Assembly: GCA_963795535.1 (NCBI GenBank)
Contig: CAWCIG010000001.1
Span: 209,420 to 273,419, forward strand
Reading direction: 5' to 3'
Source of the DNA: Candidatus Acidiferrales bacterium
GTDB taxonomy: Bacteria; Acidobacteriota; Terriglobia; Acidiferrales; UBA7541
Length of the DNA: 64,000 bases
Shown piece by piece: positions 18,222 to 26,437 of the stretch. Numbering within the stretch: position 1 is the first letter of the stretch; each line of letters opens with the position of its first letter. A program made the position numbers and the translations under genes. The notes under the pieces were generated by a model, which saw only the letters and a program-made list of their open reading frames with translations, did not search any database and was not told the DNA's origin.

Positions 18222-19898
18222 ATGCAGCTTTTTTCTCATCATCTCCTCAGCGTGGTCCTCTTCACGCCGACGATTGGCGCGCTGGTTCTCCTGTTCATTC
18301 CGCGCGGCTCGCAAACCCTTCACCGCTTAGTGGGCAATCTCTTTGGCGTGCTTGGCTTCGTTGTCTCCCTCCCGCTGGTCCTGCATTTTCCCGTGGGCTA
18401 TCAGGGTTACGCCTTCACTGAATCCGCGGACTGGATTCCCTCGATCGGCGCGCGCTATTCGCTCGGCCTCGATGGCATCAGCTTGCTTCTGGTCATGCTC
18501 ACCACCTTGCTCGGCACGATCGCCATCCTTTCCTCCTGGTCCGCCATCCAGACGCGCACCAAGGAGTTCTACATTTTGCTGCTGCTTCTGCAGACCGGGA
18601 TGCTCGGTGTGTTCATGTCCCTGGATTTCTTCCTCTTTTATGTTTTCTGGGAAGTCATGCTGGTCCCCATGTATTTCCTGATCGGCGTTTGGGGCAGCGA
18701 CCGCCGTCTCTACGCCGCCATCAAATTCTTTTTGTACACTCTCGCCGGTTCCGTGCTGATGCTCCTCGGCATCCTGGCGCTGTACTTTAATGCATCAAAG
18801 GCCAGCGGTGTTCAGACGTTCGACATCCCCACGCTGCTTGCCGCCGCGCAGCATTTTCCGGACTCCTTGAAAGTGTGGCTCTTCTGGGCGTTTTTCTTCG
18901 CCTTCGCCGTCAAAGTGCCCATGTTCCCGTTCCACACCTGGTTGCCCGACGCCCACACGGAAGCTCCCACGGCCGGCTCCGTCATCCTCGCCGGTGTCCT
19001 CCTGAAAATGGGCACTTACGGTTTTATCCGCTTCTCTTTGCCGCTGCTTCCTGCGGACACCGTACTACGCGCCAAGATCATCCACATCCTAATCGTTCTC
19101 TCGCTCGTCGGCATAATTTACGGCGCAATCGTCTGCCTCATGCAAAAAGACATGAAGCGCCTGATCGCCTACAGTTCCGTTAGCCATCTCGGGTTCTGCA
19201 CCTTGGGCATCTTTGCGCTTACACCCACCGGTCTTTCTGGGAGCGTGCTGCAGCAGATCAACCACGGAATCTCCACCGGCGCGCTCTTCCTGATCGTTGG
19301 CGTCTTGTACGAGCGCCGTCACACGCGGCTCATCTCCGAATTTGGCGGCCTGGCCACGCCCATGCCGAACTTCGCCGCGATCTACCTCATCGTCAGCCTC
19401 AGTTCCTTGGGCATGCCGCTGCTCAACGGATTCATCGGGGAATTCACCATCCTTCAAGGCGCCTTCATCGTCAACAAAGCCTGGGCCGCTTGGGGCACGC
19501 TCGGCATCGTTCTTGGCGCCGCATATTTGCTTTGGCTTTACCAGCGCGTGATGTTCGGCTCGGTCACGCACGACGCAAACAAAGCCCTTCCCGATCTGAA
19601 TCTTCGTGAGTACGCCATCCTGCTTCCCCTGGTGGCCCTGGCCTTCTGGATCGGCATTTATCCCAAGCCCTTCTTCAACTTCATCAACAGTCCCGTAGAC
19701 AAAATCGTCCACCAAGTGAACCCCAGTTTTTACGAACAGAACGCCGCGATCCCAACCACCGTCCCCGTAGGATCGCAGCACTGCTGCGCCCCAAACACCC
19801 AGACTGCAGCCATAACTTCCGCTCCCTCCGAGTCCTTTACCTCCTCTGCGGCCTTAACCTCCTCAACCTCAGCGGTTCCAACCAGCGGGGTCAAATAG
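18222..19898 (+). CDS. nuoM: NADH-quinone oxidoreductase subunit M (cluster 1)
   Basis: FAFAVKVPMFPFHTWLPDAHTEAPTAGSVILAGVLLKMGTYG. 558 aa with a Ser/Thr/Ala-rich C-terminal tail. Confidence 0.92.
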   Translation: MQLFSHHLLSVVLFTPTIGALVLLFIPRGSQTLHRLVGNLFGVLGFVVSLPLVLHFPVGYQGYAFTESADWIPSIGARYSLGLDGISLLLVMLTTLLGTIAILSSWSAIQTRTKEFYILLLLLQTGMLGVFMSLDFFLFYVFWEVMLVPMYFLIGVWGSDRRLYAAIKFFLYTLAGSVLMLLGILALYFNASKASGVQTFDIPTLLAAAQHFPDSLKVWLFWAFFFAFAVKVPMFPFHTWLPDAHTEAPTAGSVILAGVLLKMGTYGFIRFSLPLLPADTVLRAKIIHILIVLSLVGIIYGAIVCLMQKDMKRLIAYSSVSHLGFCTLGIFALTPTGLSGSVLQQINHGISTGALFLIVGVLYERRHTRLISEFGGLATPMPNFAAIYLIVSLSSLGMPLLNGFIGEFTILQGAFIVNKAWAAWGTLGIVLGAAYLLWLYQRVMFGSVTHDANKALPDLNLREYAILLPLVALAFWIGIYPKPFFNFINSPVDKIVHQVNPSFYEQNAAIPTTVPVGSQHCCAPNTQTAAITSAPSESFTSSAALTSSTSAVPTSGVK

Positions 19899-19905
19899 CT
19901 TACCC

Positions 19906-21438
19906 ATGCATTCCGCCTTCAACTCCGTTCTCACTTATATCCAAGGCGATGGCCTGGTCATCCTGCCGCAGATGGAACTGGTCCTCTTCGCTCTAGGCAT
20001 CCTTATCTTCGATTTCCTGTTGGATAAAAAAGAAAAACACTTCAACGCCTATCTGGCACTGCTAGGAGTTGCAGCGAGCGCGATCGGACTCGGAATGCAG
20101 ATCCTGAAGTACAACGTGCTGCGCCTGAATCGAGCGGGGCCTCCGGGACTTCTAGGTTTTCACAACACCATCATGGCGGACGGCTTCTTTATCGTCTTCG
20201 CCATGCTCTTTCTCGCAGCCGCTGCCCTCGTGATTCTGCTTTCCATCCGCTATATGGACCTGGAACATGAACAGGAAGGCGAATATTACGCGCTCATTCT
20301 GTTTGCCTGCACCGGCATGATGTTCATGGCTTCCGGCATCGACTTGATCGTTCTTTTCCTCGGTCTGGAAATCATGGCGCTCAGCTTTTACGTCCTGTCC
20401 GGATTCCTACGCCGCAATAAGCGTTCCAATGAAGCCGCCATGAAATATGTTCTCCTCGGCGCCTTCAGTAGCGGCATCCTGGCCTACGGTTTCTCCCTGC
20501 TCTACGGGCTGAGTGCTTCCACTAACATTTTCGCGATCGGTGACATGCTTGAGCGCCGCCTGCGCTACACCTTTGCGCACAGCTTCGTGGATTGGCTGGT
20601 CGTTCTTGCTTTCGTTACGGTCGCCACCGGCCTTTTCTTCAAAGTCGCCGCCGTGCCTTTTCACCAGTGGGCCCCCGACGTTTACGAAGGTGCGCCCACC
20701 CCCATCACCGCATACATCAGCGTCGCTTCCAAAACTGCCAGCTTCGCCCTGCTCCTCCGCCTGATGTTCTACATTTTCGGTGGCTCGCATCCCACGTGGC
20801 TTTACCTGATCGCCGGTGTCGCCCTTGCCTCTCTCACGTGGGGAAATCTCGCGGCGCTTACGCAAAATAACGTCAAGCGCATGCTCGCCTATTCCTCCAT
20901 CTCTCACGTAGGCTACATTCTTCTCGGCCTCGTTGCCTGGGATCCCACCATGCAGCGCAACACCGCCGTCACCGGCATTTTTTATTATTTGATCGCCTAC
21001 GGCTTCATGACCATGGGCGCCTTCGCCGTGGTGATTGTCATGCGCCAGCGCGGGATCAATGGCGACACCCTGGACGATCTGGACGGCCTTTATCAGCGCA
21101 ATCCCGCTGCGGCTCTTCTGCTTCTCATCTTCATGCTTTCGCTGGCGGGCATTCCACCCACGGCCGGCTTCATGGGCAAATATTTTATTTTCCAGGCGCT
21201 CATCGAAACGCATCACCCGATTCTCGCTGTGTTCGCGGCGCTCTACATCGTTCCCGCGCTGTATTACTACTTCCGCGTGGTCGTGCATGCCTGGATGCGC
21301 AGTCCCGGCGATGCTCCCGCGCCGCATCTCACGAGCGCGCAAGCCATCGCTCTCGGCGCTACACTGTTTGTAACCCTCGCCGCGGGGTTGTATCCTGAGC
21401 CATTCGCGCGCCTGGCCCGCTATGCCTTCGGACAATAA
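19906..21438 (+). CDS. nuoN: NADH-quinone oxidoreductase subunit N (cluster 1)
   Basis: FKVAAVPFHQWAPDVYEGAPTPITAYISVASK, MLAYSSISHVGYIL. 510 aa. Confidence 0.92.
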   Translation: MHSAFNSVLTYIQGDGLVILPQMELVLFALGILIFDFLLDKKEKHFNAYLALLGVAASAIGLGMQILKYNVLRLNRAGPPGLLGFHNTIMADGFFIVFAMLFLAAAALVILLSIRYMDLEHEQEGEYYALILFACTGMMFMASGIDLIVLFLGLEIMALSFYVLSGFLRRNKRSNEAAMKYVLLGAFSSGILAYGFSLLYGLSASTNIFAIGDMLERRLRYTFAHSFVDWLVVLAFVTVATGLFFKVAAVPFHQWAPDVYEGAPTPITAYISVASKTASFALLLRLMFYIFGGSHPTWLYLIAGVALASLTWGNLAALTQNNVKRMLAYSSISHVGYILLGLVAWDPTMQRNTAVTGIFYYLIAYGFMTMGAFAVVIVMRQRGINGDTLDDLDGLYQRNPAAALLLLIFMLSLAGIPPTAGFMGKYFIFQALIETHHPILAVFAALYIVPALYYYFRVVVHAWMRSPGDAPAPHLTSAQAIALGATLFVTLAAGLYPEPFARLARYAFGQ

Positions 21439-21676
21439 CGCCAACAAAGACGACAAGCTCACACCCGCAGAGCAAGCTGCCTCCGGTGCCAGCCGCCAAT
21501 TCGCCATGGCGCTGGAGCTGCCGTTTATCCTCGTCGCTGCCATTGTTGTCGGCGGCCTGGTCGGCTATTTCCTGGACAACCGGCTGCACACCAGACCCTA
21601 CCTGATGCTCGTCTTCGGTTTCCTTGGCTTCTTCGGCGGCCTGCGAGACGTCCTCCGCCGCGTCTCCAAGCGATAA
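21422..21676 (+). CDS. AtpZ/AtpI-family small membrane protein (F-ATPase operon leader gene)
   Basis: 84 aa with two TM helices (LELPFILVAAIVVGGLVGYFLD...YLMLVFGFLGFFGGL), as in ATPase_gene1-type proteins. It sits immediately upstream of atpI/atpB. ATG 21422 overlaps nuoN by 17 nt. Met29 (21506) is an alternative start. Confidence 0.65.
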   Translation: MPSDNNANKDDKLTPAEQAASGASRQFAMALELPFILVAAIVVGGLVGYFLDNRLHTRPYLMLVFGFLGFFGGLRDVLRRVSKR

Positions 21677-21678
21677 CG

Positions 21679-22095
21679 ATGGTTGATTCCGCCGCCGCTG
21701 ATTCCAACGATCTCCGATCTGAAGCCCGGATTTCCTGGGTGACGCTTCTCCTCGGCGCGCTTGCCGCTGTTCCGGTCGCCTATTTCAACGGCTGGCGCTG
21801 GGGCATTGGCATTTTCATCGGTTCGGTGCTCGCCTGGTTCAATTTTCGCTGGCTTAAACAGGGTGTCGACGCGCTCGCCGAAGCCTCCACCGTGCAAGCC
21901 AACCAGAAAAAAGCCGTTGTTCCCGTTGCCACATATTTCAAAGCTATGATCCGCTACGGGTTGATAGCCCTCGTTGTCTATGTTATTTTTAAATATCTGA
22001 ACGTTCCCGTTTTAAGCATGGTTTTAGGTCTGTGTGCCCTGGGAGCGGCCACAATCGTGGTAAGTCTGCACAGCATCTTGCGTCCTCCGGACTGA
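21679..22095 (+). CDS. atpI: ATP synthase subunit I-like membrane protein
   Basis: 138 aa with four predicted TM segments. Its position between atpZ-like and atpB is typical of AtpI. Confidence 0.65.
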   Translation: MVDSAAADSNDLRSEARISWVTLLLGALAAVPVAYFNGWRWGIGIFIGSVLAWFNFRWLKQGVDALAEASTVQANQKKAVVPVATYFKAMIRYGLIALVVYVIFKYLNVPVLSMVLGLCALGAATIVVSLHSILRPPD

Positions 22096-22098
22096 CGA

Positions 22099-22929
22099 AT
22101 GGAACATGAACTAAAACATCTTACGAATTGGCTTAATCATCATCTGGGCCCTTTTGCGCTTTATATTCTCCACGCGCTCCATATCCAGCCCGCTGATTAC
22201 GAACATCCCATTCCCGAATATGTCGTGATGTCTCTGGTGGTTCTGCTGATCGGCACGGTTCTCGCTCTCGTTCTTCGCTCGCGCCTCTCCGTGGAGCGGC
22301 CTGGCGGCTTTCAGCAAGCAGCGGAGTTACTGCTTACGAATCCCATGGGCTTCGGAATCAAGGATTTGCTGGAAGAGAACGTCGGCCACGGCGCCAGTAA
22401 GTTCATTCCGTTTCTCGGTTCCATTGCCATCTTTGTGCTGCTCTCCAACCTGCTCAGCATTTTCCCGGAATTTTCTTCGCCCACCGTAGAACCCTACGTG
22501 CCTCTGGCCTGCGCCACGCTCGTCTTTCTCTATTTTAACTGGCAGGGCATCCGCCATCATGGTGTTGCCCACTATATGTTGACCTTTGCCGGTTCCCCAA
22601 AAACGCTTGGCGATTGGGCCCTTGCGCTTCTATTGTTTCCCGTAGAAATTATTTCCACCTCGGCGCGGCTGCTTTCTCTCACCGTTCGTCTGTGGGCCAA
22701 TATCTTTGCCAGCGACCTCATCTACGTGATCTTCCTGGGACTTTTGCTCGGTCCCTTCGAATGGGCATGGACCAAGAACCCGGTTCTTGGCGTCATCGCC
22801 GCCATTTTTCCGGTCGTTATTCCGATCGTTTTTGTTGGCCTGCACATTTTTGTTTCGGTAATTCAGGCCTATATTTTCACGGTTCTGCCCGCGATTTATG
22901 TTGGGCTCGCCGTTGCCGACGAACACTAG
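22099..22929 (+). CDS. atpB: F0F1 ATP synthase subunit a
   Basis: SARLLSLTVRLWANIFASDLI contains the essential Arg in the RLxxN context. IQAYIFTVL is the C-terminal helix motif. 276 aa. Confidence 0.9.
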   Translation: MEHELKHLTNWLNHHLGPFALYILHALHIQPADYEHPIPEYVVMSLVVLLIGTVLALVLRSRLSVERPGGFQQAAELLLTNPMGFGIKDLLEENVGHGASKFIPFLGSIAIFVLLSNLLSIFPEFSSPTVEPYVPLACATLVFLYFNWQGIRHHGVAHYMLTFAGSPKTLGDWALALLLFPVEIISTSARLLSLTVRLWANIFASDLIYVIFLGLLLGPFEWAWTKNPVLGVIAAIFPVVIPIVFVGLHIFVSVIQAYIFTVLPAIYVGLAVADEH

Positions 22930-23078
22930 GGCATTTCTCCGCACGGCTTCCGTGCGGTTCTTTTTGTGGCTGGTCCCTCGACTGGCCTCAGGTTTTGGTT
23001 AGGCCGTTCAGCGTGAGACCGGTTTGTAACACGCACATCCGGGAACCACCCACTGGCGGCTATTCTCAGGGAGGTGTT

Positions 23079-23387
23079 ATGAAGAAGGCAGTCACGTTGT
23101 TCGCTGTATTTATGGTCGTCGTTTTGCTCGTCGCTCCGGCGGCGTTTGCTCAAGACAATGGAGCAAGCTCGGGCAAGGGCCTGGCCGCCATCGCAGCAGG
23201 ACTCGGTATGGGTATTGCCGCTTTCGGCGCGGCGCTCGGTCAGGGACGTGTTGCTTCGTCCGCCTGCGAAGGAATAGCCCGTAATCCCGGGGCTGGCGGC
23301 GCCATTCGCGCCGCGATGATCCTTGGCCTGGTCTTCGTTGAAACCCTCGCCCTCTTTACCCTGGCGATCATCATGCTGAAAGTGTAA
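23079..23387 (+). CDS. atpE: F0F1 ATP synthase subunit c with signal-peptide-like N-terminal extension
   Basis: Inside track ORF 22614..23387. ATG 23079 is preceded by AGGGAGG. GLAAIAAGLGMGIAAFGAALGQG...GIARNP...LVFVETLALF is a c-subunit hairpin with the ion-binding Glu. The N-terminus MKKAVTLFAVFMVVVLLVAPAAFAQ resembles a signal peptide. Confidence 0.9.
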   Translation: MKKAVTLFAVFMVVVLLVAPAAFAQDNGASSGKGLAAIAAGLGMGIAAFGAALGQGRVASSACEGIARNPGAGGAIRAAMILGLVFVETLALFTLAIIMLKV

Positions 23388-23408
23388 GCCACCTCAAACG
23401 AAAACGAG

Positions 23409-23450
23409 AAACGCCCGCTCCGGCCAAGCTGGAGCGGGCGTTTGATTTTC
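23409..23450 (+). terminator. rho-independent terminator after atpE
   Basis: AAACGCCCGCTCC (23409-23421) pairs perfectly with GGAGCGGGCGTTT (23431-23443). The loop is 9 nt and the tail is TTTGATTTT. Confidence 0.85.
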
Positions 23451-23566
23451 GAGTGCGCGCGCCACGGCTACGAGGCAACACTCCTAACTTCGCGCCATGT
23501 ATCCCGACTGCACAAAAAAAAGGAAGGTTCGACCTGGCGATGCTCCCCTTGCCAAACAGAACCCCG

Positions 23567-24349
23567 CTATAGTGTCGCGAGCGTCTCTAACGCCGCCTTA
23601 TCTTGCACCAGCAGTGTCGACCCGTTCACTTCCACCAGCCGCTTGCGCTTAAACTCGCTGAAGCTGCGGCTTACCGATTCCCGCGAGCATCCGATCAATT
23701 GCGCGATCTCTTCATGCGTTAACGCCAGCTTCACGCGCAATCCACCATTCGTCATTTGAGCGCCGGTGGACCATTCCACCAGGAACCGCGCCAACTTTTC
23801 TTCCACCGAATTGCTCAGCCCGATCGACCGGATCACTTCATAAGCCAAGTGGCAGTCGCGTCCCAAATGCTGCGCCACCTGCAAGCACGCGTCTCCATGT
23901 TCCTTGATAAATTTCAGAAAATCTTCGCGGCTCGCATACGCCAGTTGCGCCGGCTGCAGCGTTTCCGCCGTAATTTCATGCGGGGTTCCGGAGATGGCAG
24001 GATTCAGTCCAAGGATGTCCCCCGGCTTGGCAATCTTGAAAATTAGCGTCTTGCCGTCGCTGTTTGTTGTCAGCAGTTTTACGCGCCCCTGGCAGACGAT
24101 GTAGACGTCCCGCGCAGGCTCTCCTTCCATGAACAGAATCGCCCCCGCTGGATAGGACGTCGTGCGCAGGATCTCGCCCAGCGCGTTCGCGGTAGCTTGC
24201 GAAACGGTGCAAAAGAAGCTATCTGTCCGCATATCGCAGCTCGTACAATCGTCTACAACGGGGAATCCGTACGGTGTGCGCGATTTTCTCTGCGCCGCTG
24301 TCGGCAGATAGCCGCCCATATGCTTGGCTGTCATTGTGGTGCTGGCCAT
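23567..24349 (-). CDS. Crp/Fnr-family transcriptional regulator with N-terminal Cys motif
   Basis: cNMP-binding beta-roll (ILFMEGEPARDVYIVCQGRVKL) and a C-terminal HTH (LTHEEIAQLIGCSRESVSRSFSEFK). The N-terminus carries CTSCDMRTDSFFC. Confidence 0.88.
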   Translation of the reverse strand: MASTTMTAKHMGGYLPTAAQRKSRTPYGFPVVDDCTSCDMRTDSFFCTVSQATANALGEILRTTSYPAGAILFMEGEPARDVYIVCQGRVKLLTTNSDGKTLIFKIAKPGDILGLNPAISGTPHEITAETLQPAQLAYASREDFLKFIKEHGDACLQVAQHLGRDCHLAYEVIRSIGLSNSVEEKLARFLVEWSTGAQMTNGGLRVKLALTHEEIAQLIGCSRESVSRSFSEFKRKRLVEVNGSTLLVQDKAALETLATL

Positions 24350-24600
24350 TGGGTTATCCTTTCGTTTCCTCTTGGAATCAAGGTTGTCGTATTGGGAAAA
24401 AGCATGCGGCTGGCCACTCTACGCCGGATTCCGCCAATTCCCTTATCTGGATTAACCTCAATGGAATAGATGACTTAGCAGGCAGGCGTCATGAGTGCCG
24501 TTTCGCAAAAGTCCCAAAGCGGCGCCCCAGAGTGGGTCATATCGCACAGAGCTGTGTGATCTTCATCACTCTAGGTATGCCCAGCGCTCTTTTTTTTTGG

Positions 24601-26330
24601 TTAATCCGAAGATTCCAGCAGCTGCCGAATTTTCCGCGCCAGCCCGTCATGGGTGAAGGGCTTTTCGATAAACGCCACGTCCTCTTCCAGCAGCGCGTTT
24701 TGAGAGATCACTCCCGCCGTGTGCCCGAACATGTACAGTACCTTTACGTCGGGCCGCTTCTTCAGCAGCTCCTCGGACAATTCCCGGCCGTTCATCTGCG
24801 GCATAACTACGTCGGTCAGCAGGATGTGAATGCGCCCGGGATACTCCGCGGCAATGTGCAGCGCCTCCGTCGCTTCTGCCGCAGCCAACACGCGGTACCC
24901 TGTCGACACCAGAAAGTCCCGCGTCACCCTCGCGAGCAACTTCGAATCTTCCACGGGCAGGATCGTTTCGCTTCCAATCAATACTTCTTTCTCTTCGGCA
25001 TTGAGGACCTCTACACCCGCATCTCCCGATGCGCGAGGCAAGTAAATCTTCAACGTCGTTCCTCGCCCCGGTTCGCTGTACACCCAGATGTGGCCTACGC
25101 TTTGCCGCACGATCCCGTACACCGTGGCCAAGCCCAACCCGGACCCCGATCCCTGCCCCTTGGTCGTAAAAATGGCTCGCAAATCCGGCTGACCGTTTCT
25201 TTGTCCATTCCTTCTCCGGAATCGGTCACGGATAGTTGCACGTACGGTCCTGGCACAACGTCCAGATGATCGCGTGCATACGCTTCACCCAAATACGTGT
25301 TGGACGTTTCGATGAGCAGCCGCCCACCCTTCTTCATAGCGTCTCGTGCATTCGCCACCAGGTTCAAAATCACTTGCGACAACTGGCTGCGGTCATTCTT
25401 GATGTCGCCCAGATCCCGCGACAGCGCCATTTCCAGCCGGATGTTTTCTTCCACGATGCGTCGCAGCAATGGATCGAGATCCGTCAACACAACATTCAGA
25501 TCCAGCGTCTGCGGCCCGGACACCTGTTGCCGCGCAAACGCCAGCAATTTGCTTGGTGACCGTCGCTGCTTCTTCACCTGCCATCTTGATCTGTTCCACG
25601 CGCTCCACGTGCGGCGCACCCGGCGGTCCGGCCTTCAGCATCATTTCCGCATTTCCCAGGATCACGCCGAGCAGGTTGTTGAAGTCGTGCGCAATCCCGC
25701 CCGCCAGCCGTCCGATCGCCTCCATCTTTTGCGAAAGCAAAAGCTGCTCTTCCAGGCGCCGCGGCCGTTCCTGCTCGCTGTCTCGCTGCCGCATGGCCAG
25801 TTCGCGTTGCATGATCTCGCCTTGCAGCGCTTCGTTTGCCGTTACTATTTCGGCCGTGCGTTCGCGTACGCGCGTCTCCAGCGCTTCCTTGGCTTCGCGA
25901 AGCTCGTTCTGCGCCATTTTTTGCAGGGTAATATCCGAATGGCGCTGAAGACCAGCATGCCTCTTTCGGAACGGAACGGACTCAAGCTGATTTCTACCGG
26001 GAATTCGCTGCCGTCTTTGCGTAGGCCATATCATTCCCGCCCGGCACCCATCGGCCGTAGCCGGGGCGAATCGGCGTAGCCACGACGATGATGCACATGC
26101 CCGCCGCGATAGCGTTCCGGAATCAACATTTCTACCGGTTGGCCCAGCAGTTCGTCGCGGTTGTAGCCGAATAGCTTTTCCGTTTGCGCGTTGACCAGCG
26201 AAATCCTGCCATCTGCGTCGCCAATGGCCATGGCGTCGGGAGCGGCTTCCAGGAACGCCCGTAATTCGTCGTGCACACCCTGTTCGTGGTTAAGAAAACT
26301 CGGATTGGCGGAGCGACGCCGATCATCCAT
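24601..26330 (-). pseudogene. hybrid sensor histidine kinase (PAS-HisKA-HATPase_c-REC), disrupted by 1 nonsense + 3 frameshift lesions
   Basis: Four consecutive track ORFs in alternating frames carry successive domains. 26031..26330 is PAS, 25393..26034 is the linker plus HisKA (IAHDFNNLL), 25095..25619 is HATPase_c, and 24601..25182 is the G2 box plus REC. The lesions map to 26031-26033 (in-frame TGA), ~25935, ~25548-25550 and 25168-25172. Confidence 0.85.
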
Positions 26331-26437
26331 GTGGTGGGTCGAGGTCCTGACCTTATCTTCTGATTAAACTATACGCGCCATCAACGATTCAAGTGCGGGC
26401 CTTGCGCCGGTCCCGCGAAAAATTGGTTTGTAACGCC

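Noticed and set aside
21422-23387. N-type (Na+) ATPase operon.
   Set aside because: N-ATPase operons start with atpD-atpC and carry atpQ/atpR. Here only Z/I/a/c are present, with ordinary order and a terminator after c. The c-subunit has a single Glu in a normal H+-type context as far as I can judge.
26031-26033. In-frame TGA in the kinase gene as selenocysteine or programmed readthrough.
   Set aside because: It replaces a conserved Leu in a PAS motif. No SECIS-like hairpin is evident immediately downstream, and three additional frameshifts disrupt the same gene. Pseudogenisation is the simpler explanation.
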